Positions 56,901 to 64,000 of a DNA stretch of 64,000 nucleotides are shown here, piece by piece. Each line of letters begins with the position of its first letter. Position 1 is the first letter of the stretch. Source of the stretch: Schizochytrium sp. TIO01 (taxonomy: Eukaryota > Protista > Bigyra: Labyrinthulomycetes). The notes under the pieces are model-generated. The model did not search any database and had not been told where the DNA came from. It saw only the letters and a program-made list of their open reading frames with translations. Made by a program: the position numbers and the translations under genes. The stretch lies in assembly GCA_004764695.1 (NCBI GenBank), contig SMSO01000032.1, positions 8,216,483 to 8,280,482 on the forward strand, read 5' to 3'.

Positions 56901-57827
56901 GCTCTTGTGGGAACTACCTATGCTGGTGAGATGGAAAGTTCTATCCGTCACAAATTACGAAAGATTGCACTACAGAAACGTTCTGGTTACAGCACCATTC
57001 TAAGAGCTTTCAAAAATGTCGATAAAGACAGTAAGGGTTACGTCAGTAAGAAGAGCTTGCGGAAAGTCGCTTCAAATCAAGGCTGGGCTCTCTCACATGA
57101 AGATTTGGCATGCTTATGTGCTCGGTTTGACTTACGTGGAGAGGACAAGTTCGCTTACAAACAGTTTGTGTCATTCCTTTCTCTGGACGACGACGCCGTG
57201 TATGGAGTGGAACAAAGAATTATCCAATTTGTTGCATCTATGAGCGAACAGGGGGCTGGTTTACGGGAATGTTTCAATGTCTTTGACCGTAATGGAGATG
57301 GCAAAATCAGTGCTTCTGAACTAGGTAGTGCAATGATCAAAATAGGTTTTCCTGTAAGCCAAGAGGAGTCAGCTGAGCTCATACGTCGAGTGGATGTGGA
57401 CCGTGATGGTAAAATAAGCTTTGTTGAATTTGTTCGAGCGTTTGGACCTAATGCAGCAAGTAGCACCACATTTCAGTCTGAGCAACTCGTCACAGTTGAT
57501 GAAAACTCTAGATCTGGTGAGAACTCGCAACAAAATGCAATGATGAACCCAAGTACCTTTCTTACTGATTGGACTGATGGATTTTTGATTCCCCAGTCAA
57601 AGCTTCCTCTAGCACCAAAGGGTTCTGTTGGGGAGTGGCTGGAAACAACAGCAAGTCCCCTAGAGAAGAGAAATTTCTTCGCCTTTTTGCATCTAATTTC
57701 AAACTTCGAGAAGCGTCTTGGGCTCGAGCAACACGGGGATGTATCTTCAGGGGGCAAAGAAGCTGAAGACCTTGTTCTGCAGCTCGGAACCAAGCTCAAG
57801 GTGAGTATGAAGTTCTTAAACGCATAG
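50934..57827 (+). CDS. Giant protein with 16 Tudor/Agenet-like repeats, multiple EF-hand pairs and RS-rich segments, 2297 aa
   Basis: 16 copies of G.RVEA.(F/Y).GG.K(Y/W)(Y/F).G.I...N.DG(T/S)Y.I.YDDGD.E. EF-hands include DQDGSGKI, DVNGDGFV, DRNGDGRL, DLDKDGIV, DKDSKGYV, DRNGDGKI and DVDRDGKI. An SRSRS tract is present. Confidence 0.93.
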   Translation: MNSRRGSSLHRPGTRVEAKFRGGPRWYKGTIARANRDGTYDIEYDDGDAEQGVADHMIRVAGRGAMDDSAISTSPTRTTRGASPGFSRNARGRGPSSSASSSTKRIELIDKLEAKATSQRDIDRFMQAFEAADRKATGTVHARDFGRILKSLRIDFNPGDLREALQNFGDGRTSVDYHKLLGAIQSQGSGGVSPSRGREPTSESDDGGQVFSRGDRVEARYKNGRKYFPGVIKRSNGDGTYQIAYDDGDAESNVDGRMIRLMSDSSVSADDDPLQSGGGGSPRGNKEQEAQRIADMLGRINTTEKRITDLQDSFEMLDQDGSGKIMAREFERNVDRARLGIPFSLVKDISSALGSDGKVRYSILIKALRIASGQSGRSSSSPTKRGSPARSSSRERSSSMAEADIKFRPGQRIEARMRKGRKYFPGVIERERPDGTYDIMYDDGDTETRVSSIYIRASLPTVDSMSALGEGAIGGFGDSAEFNVGDKVEARFKGGRNFFKGTIEKVNRDGSCDIAYADGDFERRVAPENIRQLDTPDKLTNSNIMGDESDDQAPIRAGDRVEALYKRGTKWYPGTVDKVYPSGACDISYDDGDQEKRVSPRNVRRIAKSTGSRQASRGGRNSDLRGRRGMDTDEDVSDFDDGPGSQSSRFGNRNSSKQERLQRGAAVEALFKGGRKWYKGKVLRANPDGSYAISYDDGDRELKVPAEMVRSLEPASSFNDEGSGATSFKVGQNIEARFRGRRKYFQGIISRVNRDGTYAIDYADGDQERAVDASMIRALGGSPRGGIEVEEPKQLQRGDLVEARYKGGKRFYKGKIMRVNINGTYDIAYDDGDRERGVSAEDVRSLKEATTGRGDREGGRDPPGLRVGSLVEARYQRGRKWFKGKITRVNTDGSFNIAYDDGDQETRVPASLVRSLEDEGTETALEEEHELSRGDLVEALFKNGRKYYKGKIVRRNSDGTYAIHYDDGDRELRVSRDKIRPLGDPDKFSTRSKSPSRTSRGFGDESPIGEIQRGDRVEARFRGGRKYFKGKIMRVNADGTYDIAYDDGDRDRSVPAEHIKKGEEDGRSPHSSPSRQRKGYEIDTDDEFENNQREGRSAGLKEGMRVEAQFRGGAKYYKGRVTRVYANGSADIAYDDGDKERMVSASKIRSLDSPSSPRNNRSKADDEELMEGDRVEAPYRGGRKYYKGKISRVNRDGTCDIAFDDGDRERNIVKESIRKLASSPRHSTPVKLRRGDRVEAKYKNGKRYYKGTVDRTYPDGSCDIKYEDGDFERRVIAENIKPLDNIDDLSGGRGSRSPRSPRSPRSLRDRSPRSRSAQRGMETETEDETDEIKEGDRVEARFKGGAKYYPGKITRVNRDGSYAILYDDGDRELRVKPSFVRAKGGNQRRSVSPRRTTSRDREPEYSETESEEIFRQGDRVEARFKGKAKYYKGKIVRVRANGTYDIAYDDGDRETHVEATLIRRMGRERSSSPSRNRKSRDRDEYSDSETNDENGHELAELLGRILKKGFRTNAMRNYQEVFDSIDVNGDGFVSRLELGRALDKLGLRYTSTELRSMVRLLDRNGDGRLSYREFVQLLKRSDKSSSSSPRGRSRSKSRADYSSDESSDDNDRTRRRRSPRRQSHSRGRSRARSRSRSPTPSASDWSESDIDGDDAWDSDGEDAAAGGVVVRNFENYVGKVILKDTRKRFKTAFERADSHSRGYIYADRLQSVLGKIGIRKRISGNLQKKLARKYGRGTKSKIFYRDLVAGCKEAASNDHDDESHAARIGRLLPRLQRAVVEHDVDAQVREQLDKDGQGTVERKDLSKLLGKIASIKRAEKVTLLEFLANFLGDDGKIKYDEVLDYIRNSKTQDNTPGWKRATSNVDIQKGIAALRAEKERMEKEGVDPLVFQVMRKLQQVVSDALHSGAVGDYSDAFELFDLDKDGIVTHAEMTRALAELGFDLSPEETSKVLLKLDPDGTGEKMDYRHFLMFVTRGSDRDQWALSSSGALVGTTYAGEMESSIRHKLRKIALQKRSGYSTILRAFKNVDKDSKGYVSKKSLRKVASNQGWALSHEDLACLCARFDLRGEDKFAYKQFVSFLSLDDDAVYGVEQRIIQFVASMSEQGAGLRECFNVFDRNGDGKISASELGSAMIKIGFPVSQEESAELIRRVDVDRDGKISFVEFVRAFGPNAASSTTFQSEQLVTVDENSRSGENSQQNAMMNPSTFLTDWTDGFLIPQSKLPLAPKGSVGEWLETTASPLEKRNFFAFLHLISNFEKRLGLEQHGDVSSGGKEAEDLVLQLGTKLKVSMKFLNA

Positions 57828-57988
57828 TATGACTAATTCTGGTTTTGATAAGTTCTGCTAGACAATTATCATTAGTTTTTCCTGATGAGATTAATGCGTT
57901 CCCAGCTACAAGTTTCAATCACTTTTTTTTTAAATTTCAAGGAACAAATAATTCGAAAGTACGGGTAATTTTTTCTATTAGAACTATC

Positions 57989-60457
57989 TTATAGGTTCTG
58001 TTGAAGGATATGCTCCAATGCTTCGGCTCGCGTCTGCCAATATGCAATCTCTTCAAGAGCCTTTCGTAAATCCAACCTTGTTACAGCAAGCATTGCACGC
58101 AGCTCATCATTCTCTGCAATTATTTGCAAGTTTAGCTCCTTTTCTTTACCGTGAGGCGGCCTACTCGGTTGAGAAAGAATCTGTGCAGCATGTTCACGAA
58201 GGCCCTTCAGATAAGGAGCCGGTTTCTCCTTCACAACATGCTCTGTTTCGTGGGAAGCCTTACTGCTAGTTTTGTTAATATGTTTCAGTTTCACATTTCT
58301 TAATTGCTCTTTCAAAGGTGTGGCGCCTTCCAATATTGAGGGTTTGCTACTTTGTTTCTCGCGCAATTCCTGTGTAGAAGCGACCTGGTGCCCGGTCGTT
58401 ATACTATCATGCGAAGGATCATTATTGTCTTTGTCGAAATCATGCAAATCTTCATCGGAATCATAATCTGATGATTCCTCAATCACTGGTTGCTCCCCAT
58501 CCGCTGAATACACAATCTCTTCGTTCTGGACAGTGCGTTGTTCATTTTGTTGCCTCAATAAAACGTCTTGCAATTCGTCTTTGTGTCCGGCTTTCTCATT
58601 CTGGATTTGTTCACAAAGAGCTTGTTGAGATCGATTGTGTGTCAGTTGATTTGTGATTTCTTCTTTGTCACTTTCTACATCCCCATCATCAACAGGGCCG
58701 GTTTCATCGCCAGTGTAAGGGCCACATTTAGAGCTGAGGTCAAGGTTAGGATCAGGGTCAAAGTCAGACTCAGACTCAGACTCAGATATAGCATTGACAT
58801 CAGGACTAACGGTACTATCAGCATTTGCAACAGCATCAGCATCAGCATCAAAATTGACACTATCATTGTCACCTTCTCCACCATCACTATCGAAACTATC
58901 AAAAGGATCAGCTTTCTCATTTTCACGACTCAACTTCTTCTGTTGAGTTTTGGTAGATTTCGAATTTAAGGGATCAGAATAATTTCTTTGTTCAATACTG
59001 GTTTGGTTCTTGCGTAATTTAGTAGTTTTACTTCTTCCTTTTGATTTAGAAGATGACAGGGAAGAATCATCCCTATGCTCAGGATTCGCTCGGCTGTTGA
59101 CATTTCGATCCCGATTTTTGTTTGGTGCGTTTGATTCTGTACTTTTGCTGCTCCTCTGTGAATCAGATGACGAATCAAGGTCTCTATGCATGCCATTGCT
59201 CCGGGTTTTAGGTTGATCTTGAGATTCTTCTATTATGCTCTTCGTTTTTCGCTTTTGGTTATTTTTATCTTGCGAGTCGAATGCCGATGATGAGTGATCT
59301 TCACTTTTCTCCAAAATCGGTGAAGTTTCGAGACGACTTGGAGTTTGAGACTCTTTGAGGACTCTTGCATGGTTCATATGACTTTTTCCCTTTGTATCTA
59401 ATGACAGTTTGGAGACATTCTGCTTTCTTGCCTTCTCAGCATGCAATGGTGGGTCATGACTGCGAGGAGATTCAAATGAACCACCCTCGTCTTTTTCTTC
59501 ATCAAAATGATCATCATCTTTCGCTTCTTCTAGACACTTGTCAGGACAATCCTCCTTTTCCTCTTTGGGACACTTGTCAGGACAATCCTCCTTTTCCTCT
59601 TTGGGACATTTGTCAGGGCACTCCTCCTTCTCCTCAACGAGGGATCTGTCTTGACTTTCGTAATAGTTTGTAATCTCAGCATGTCGAGGGCTGCTGCTGT
59701 TGGAGTGTATGGATGGTACGTCTTGATCATCATCAGAGGAAAGCTCCTCAACAACGCCAACGCGGAAATTTTTACTCAGGTGGGGATCTATTGGTTTGTT
59801 CTTAAGCACTGGATTGTCAGTATTTCCAAGAACCTCTTTAAAGAGATCGCTGAATTCTTTATCGTAATCTACAGGTTCCTTGTCCTGGTGCATTGAGTTT
59901 GCTGGGTTCCCGTATGCTGTCTGCTTTATGTTCCGGTTGATGTCCCCGTGGTCTCCTTCAAGATTAACAAGACCGAACCCTTTGAATGATTCATCAGGTT
60001 CCTTCATTCTCTTGGCAAATCTGTCAAGCTCTTGCTGCGCTTCATCAAGATCGACAAGGCCAAAACCTTTGAAAGAATTGCTTCTCTTGTTTTTCTTCTC
60101 AGCTTCTTCCTCAGCGACAAGTCCAAAGCCTTTAAGTGATAGATTCTGCTTTTCTGAACTTGGTTTCCCCGGGGCTTTCGAAATAGCGGGGGGAGTTACA
60201 CCTGGCGCAGCCTTGTCAAAATAAGAGTTCATCATCGCAATAAAAACGTCGCGTTTCATGCCACGTTTTCTATCAATATCCCCACGTTTTCGAGCATCCT
60301 GCAGCATCGTTGCTGCTTCGGGCAGCCATGTTCGAAAACGTTTATTCTTCGGCACCTCTTCCAGAACGCTCTCGAGGTCCTCCATCGAGATGAAATCATC
60401 TTGTTCTGCCCACTTGCCAAAGGCCTCATTCAAGTTTTTGGCACAGTAGCTGTCCAT
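57989..60457 (-). CDS. Uncharacterised, largely disordered protein with an N-terminal EF-hand-like pair, short linear motifs and a C-terminal coiled coil, ~822 aa
   Basis: Long ORF, first ATG at 60457 (an upstream exon is not excluded). Contains three S(L/F)KGFGLV repeats, EEKEDCPDKCPK repeats, WH2-like LKEQLRNVKLKHI and a C-terminal heptad region. Confidence 0.78.
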   Translation of the reverse strand: MDSYCAKNLNEAFGKWAEQDDFISMEDLESVLEEVPKNKRFRTWLPEAATMLQDARKRGDIDRKRGMKRDVFIAMMNSYFDKAAPGVTPPAISKAPGKPSSEKQNLSLKGFGLVAEEEAEKKNKRSNSFKGFGLVDLDEAQQELDRFAKRMKEPDESFKGFGLVNLEGDHGDINRNIKQTAYGNPANSMHQDKEPVDYDKEFSDLFKEVLGNTDNPVLKNKPIDPHLSKNFRVGVVEELSSDDDQDVPSIHSNSSSPRHAEITNYYESQDRSLVEEKEECPDKCPKEEKEDCPDKCPKEEKEDCPDKCLEEAKDDDHFDEEKDEGGSFESPRSHDPPLHAEKARKQNVSKLSLDTKGKSHMNHARVLKESQTPSRLETSPILEKSEDHSSSAFDSQDKNNQKRKTKSIIEESQDQPKTRSNGMHRDLDSSSDSQRSSKSTESNAPNKNRDRNVNSRANPEHRDDSSLSSSKSKGRSKTTKLRKNQTSIEQRNYSDPLNSKSTKTQQKKLSRENEKADPFDSFDSDGGEGDNDSVNFDADADAVANADSTVSPDVNAISESESESDFDPDPNLDLSSKCGPYTGDETGPVDDGDVESDKEEITNQLTHNRSQQALCEQIQNEKAGHKDELQDVLLRQQNEQRTVQNEEIVYSADGEQPVIEESSDYDSDEDLHDFDKDNNDPSHDSITTGHQVASTQELREKQSSKPSILEGATPLKEQLRNVKLKHINKTSSKASHETEHVVKEKPAPYLKGLREHAAQILSQPSRPPHGKEKELNLQIIAENDELRAMLAVTRLDLRKALEEIAYWQTRAEALEHILQQNL
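59534..59632. repeat. 36-bp coding repeat (~2.7 copies; EEKEDCPDKCPK)
   Basis: ACACTTGTCAGGACAATCCTCCTTTTCCTCTTTGGG repeated. Confidence 0.88.
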
Positions 60458-61506
60458 CAGCTCCACGTCGTTTTACAGCGGCGCCCTTATTGCTTACTTT
60501 CCATGCAGGTACTGTACTTGAGCACGGCGCGCCGTCGTCACCCTTTTCCAGACTCACTCTACTTTACAAATTTATAAATTGGTCCTGCGTATAAATTTAT
60601 AAAGTGGTCCTGCGTATGCTTGTTCCTGATACCAACAACGACCTTCTCTGTCAACCTCGCATCCCTCTCCTCACACCTGCCAACGGGTTTTACTTTTGTC
60701 GTTGTTGTTGTTGTTGCTGCTGCTGCTGTCTCTGTCTTGTCTCTGTTGTACATGTGCTATTTGTTCTCTACCCTAAATTTACAATGACACTGCCAAGGTA
60801 CACATTTCATGTAGCATATATTACGGGCATGATTTTCCCTGGATCATTTCGTTAAAAACAGACCTTTTACTACTACACATGAACGTCATAATTTTAAAAA
60901 CGCCAGGCCTCCCCAGCTTCAAACTTTATTGGTAACGATATTGAGAAACGGTGCTTTGTCCACACCCACCACCAGCAACAGGGAGGTGTAAGGGGCTTCG
61001 ATCTCTCGGGATTTCCTTCCCATCCTCCGGTGCATTTCCAGTGATACGAACGATCCGTTGACATATGTCATACTAAGGCCCCCAAATGACACTATTTACC
61101 TAGACATGTACTAGCTGTGGCTACTGGTATATAGGTCGTAGGTACCCACTCTCCTTGGTTGCCCTGTTCAAGGATATTACGCGATATTGGGGCAATCGTG
61201 AATATTCTAATGAGAAGGAAAATTATTATTTATTCCAAATGAAATTGAAAATATTAGTATGCCCTTACTGTAAACAATAATAGGAGGCCGAGTAACAAAT
61301 AACATAATAACTGGTTGGGCTGGCGCAGAACCAACAAAAAGAGTCCACGAATCGCTTGCGCTAAACCTTGAAGCCAGGGCTTCTCGCGTTGAAGGTGGAT
61401 CTGTCGTAGAGTGGGTCCGTGCAGGATCTTCGTGGGGACTCTTGCTTGAAGCAAAGCTTTTGTTGGTGTCTGGTCGAGTCCGGTGGCCTCGCTTCGATCT
61501 GGCGTC

Positions 61507-63765
61507 ATGGCACAAGATCGCAGCGCGCAACAGGAGCCCTCGTCGCGGCTGTGCGTTAAAAACGTGCCAAAGTACGTAACTTCGCAGCGTGTGAAAGAGT
61601 TTTTTAGCGCCAAAGGATGTGAGGTCACTGATGTCAAGGTGCTAAAGACTGCTGCAGGCGTGCCGAGGCAGGTGGCCTTTGTTGGCTTCAAAACCGTAGA
61701 GGACGCTAGCAAGACACTCAAGTACTTCAACAAGTCTTTCTTCGACACCTGCAGACTCTCAATCGACTTTGCGCTTCCGTTTGGAGATAGCCGCTTAAAC
61801 AAGAATTCTAGCAAAAGAGGGCGTGATTCGGATGACCACGATGCAGATGGCCAGGATGGAGACTTAAAAAAGAAGAAGCGCAAGAATCCCAAGGAGGACA
61901 AAAAGCTCTCTGAGTTTCTCAAGCTCATGCAGCCTCGCCGTCAGCAGCAATTCTGGGCTGATGAGGAGCATGACCAAACTGCTGCTGCTGAGGAGGAGGA
62001 CGATGACAGTAGCAGTGAAGACGAAGACAAAAACCTTTCCGCAACAAAGGATGAGGGTTCTGGAAAAGATACCGATAACCTTGACGGAGAGCCAAAACCG
62101 CCCCCGACGTCCCTCGCTGCGGAGTCTGGAAGACTCTTCTTGCGAAACCTCTGCTTCGATGCGACCGAAGACGATCTCGATGCCGCTTTTTCAAGGTTTG
62201 GGCCTATTGCGGAGACGCACATTCCAAAGGATGAGAGCGGTCGTTCGCGTGGGTTTGGCTATGTGACGTTTATGATTCCCGAACATGCTGTGGTGGCGAT
62301 TTCCAAAATGGATATGCAGATTTTTCAGGGAAGACTTCTTCATGTCATGCCTGCTCTCGAGAAGGAGGAGCCCAATGGAGGCGTGGAAGGCGATGGTCGT
62401 GATGGCTCGGGCGTTAAGGCGCAGTCCTCGTTCAAGGCGAAGAAGGAGGCTGAACGTAAGGAGCAGGCTAACGACACTCGAAGCTGGAATGCACTCTTTG
62501 TTCGAGGTGATGCTGCCGTAGGAGCTGTAGCTGAACAACTTGGCATGGGCAAGGGAGATTTGCTTTTAGGTGACGGCGAGCAGGATAAGACTAGTGCTGC
62601 TGTACGTATGGCTTTGAGTGAAACAAGAGTCATCGCGGAGACTAAGAAGTTTCTTGCAGAGGAAGGCGTGGATGTGGACTTGCTGGAGCAAGGTGTGCGG
62701 GACCCCTCAAGTGTAAAACGCAGCAAAGATACCTTCCTCGTCAAAAACTTACCTGCAGAGACGGACAAGGCTCAGGTGCGCCAGCTGTTTGCGAAGTACG
62801 GCGATGTGGTTAAGTTTGTGTTGCCCCCCTCTAAGACTATGGCTCTCGTGCAATTTTTCGAACCCAAGAACGCTAAACGTGCCTTTAAAGGTATGGCTTA
62901 CAAACGATACAAACGCGTTCCTATCTACCTTGAGTGGGCACCCGCAAACGTCTTGAGTGATGAAGAACTTGTTCGCAGGCGTGCTGTTGCTGCCGAGGCG
63001 GACGCTGCAATCAAGGCTAAGGAGGTGGCAGCAGCAGCGGCGAAGGCCAAGGAGGACGAGGAGGACGCAGAGGCCGATAGTCACACTGTTAAACCTGCTG
63101 TGCAGGCTGATGGAGAGGTTGAGGTCAGCCACACGCTGTTTGTCAAGAACTTGAACTTTGAGACTCGTGAAGCAGGTCTTCATAAATTCTTTGAGCGCAT
63201 TGTTGGCAAGGGTAATGTTGCACATGTGTCTATTCCCCGTAAGAGTGGCCGCGAAGAACTTTCTATGGGATTTGGTTTTGTCGAGTTCAAGGATGATAAA
63301 TCGTGCCGCAAGGCTTTGCGCAAGGCCCGGGGCGAAAAACTTGACAATCACGAACTGGAGATCAGCATTTCCAAACGCACTGTTGATACCAACGCCGCTA
63401 CTCCTGCTGGTGGTTCCCGCAAGACTTCCTCCAAACCGTCGCTGGTTCATGCTGATGCTAAGGAAGCTGAAGAAGCCACAAAAATTATTATTCGCAACTT
63501 GGCTTTCGAGGCCAACCGCAAGGAGTTGCGTCAGCTGGTCTCTGCCTATGGCCAGGTCAATACTATCCGCATCCCCAAGAAACCCGATGGTTCCCACCGT
63601 GGTTTCGCCTTTGTGGACTTTGTTACGCACCAGGAGGCTCGCACTGCTTTCGCGGCCTTGACCAACACTCACTTTTACGGTCGCCACTTGGTTTTGGAGT
63701 GGGCACAAGATAATTCTAGTATGGAGGCTATGCGTGAAAAGGCAGCCAAGGCGATCCAAGGTTAA
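61507..63765 (+). CDS. MRD1: Multiple RNA-binding domain protein 1 / RBM19 (40S biogenesis), 5 RRMs
   Basis: ATG at 61507. RRMs start at SRLCVKNVP, GRLFLRNL, TFLVKNL, TLFVKNL and KIIIRNL. Family-specific motifs are VTDVKV, SWNALF, AAVRMALSET, PIYLEWAP and THFYGRHLVLEWA. Confidence 0.94.
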   Translation: MAQDRSAQQEPSSRLCVKNVPKYVTSQRVKEFFSAKGCEVTDVKVLKTAAGVPRQVAFVGFKTVEDASKTLKYFNKSFFDTCRLSIDFALPFGDSRLNKNSSKRGRDSDDHDADGQDGDLKKKKRKNPKEDKKLSEFLKLMQPRRQQQFWADEEHDQTAAAEEEDDDSSSEDEDKNLSATKDEGSGKDTDNLDGEPKPPPTSLAAESGRLFLRNLCFDATEDDLDAAFSRFGPIAETHIPKDESGRSRGFGYVTFMIPEHAVVAISKMDMQIFQGRLLHVMPALEKEEPNGGVEGDGRDGSGVKAQSSFKAKKEAERKEQANDTRSWNALFVRGDAAVGAVAEQLGMGKGDLLLGDGEQDKTSAAVRMALSETRVIAETKKFLAEEGVDVDLLEQGVRDPSSVKRSKDTFLVKNLPAETDKAQVRQLFAKYGDVVKFVLPPSKTMALVQFFEPKNAKRAFKGMAYKRYKRVPIYLEWAPANVLSDEELVRRRAVAAEADAAIKAKEVAAAAAKAKEDEEDAEADSHTVKPAVQADGEVEVSHTLFVKNLNFETREAGLHKFFERIVGKGNVAHVSIPRKSGREELSMGFGFVEFKDDKSCRKALRKARGEKLDNHELEISISKRTVDTNAATPAGGSRKTSSKPSLVHADAKEAEEATKIIIRNLAFEANRKELRQLVSAYGQVNTIRIPKKPDGSHRGFAFVDFVTHQEARTAFAALTNTHFYGRHLVLEWAQDNSSMEAMREKAAKAIQG

Positions 63766-64000
63766 GCCGCAGATAAACTGGCTGCCTATTACGAACACTT
63801 GTGCTAACATGTCATTTTCTGCTTTAATGCAACTCTTGAATTTGGTAAACTCATAATCTGAAGTAAACATCTGATTATATTTTGTGATTTCTGAACTGCT
63901 TAGCTTGTTCTCGACTCCATCAACTACAAATCATGCGTATCTATAGGGGAAGCTATACTATACACCCTTACGCCTAAATGAGAATGGTTGTCTCCAAGTA

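Noticed and set aside
62749-63870. 373-aa antisense ORF over MRD1
   Set aside because: Shadow frame of a codon-biased gene; no recognisable motifs.

Overview
Eukaryotic nuclear DNA. It is gene-dense and intron-poor, with short GT-AG introns, yeast-like branch points (e.g. TACTAAC) and microsatellite-rich GC islands upstream of genes. The organism is most likely a stramenopile, probably a thraustochytrid/labyrinthulomycete; this is inferred from gene style and content and is not proven. The first ~13.8 kb has no convincing CDS. It holds GC/CpG islands, microsatellites, two tandem duplications and possible decayed elements. From 13.9 kb on there are 16 protein-coding genes, in order: a telobox-Myb plus ubiquitin-like protein, a 7TM protein with IQ motifs, ATG101, an NTP-transferase/glucuronokinase fusion, an EF-hand/coiled-coil protein, an NSF-N + BTB/SKP1-like + cytochrome b5 fusion, SKA1, COX6A, a FERM-IQ protein, an 81-aa two-exon membrane microprotein missing from the ORF track, a SYLF-WW-SH3 protein, a TPR/Ser-repeat protein, WEE1, a 2297-aa protein with 16 Tudor-like repeats and many EF-hands, a candidate endocytic scaffold, and MRD1/RBM19. 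I reconstructed six spliced gene models by hand with frame-consistent splice sites. No rRNA, tRNA, CRISPR array or intact mobile element was seen. The best candidates for undescribed biology are the NSF-N/BTB/cytochrome b5 fusion, the hidden microprotein, the 7TM-IQ receptor-like protein and the poly-Tudor/EF-hand protein. All family calls come from motif recognition by eye; no searches were run.
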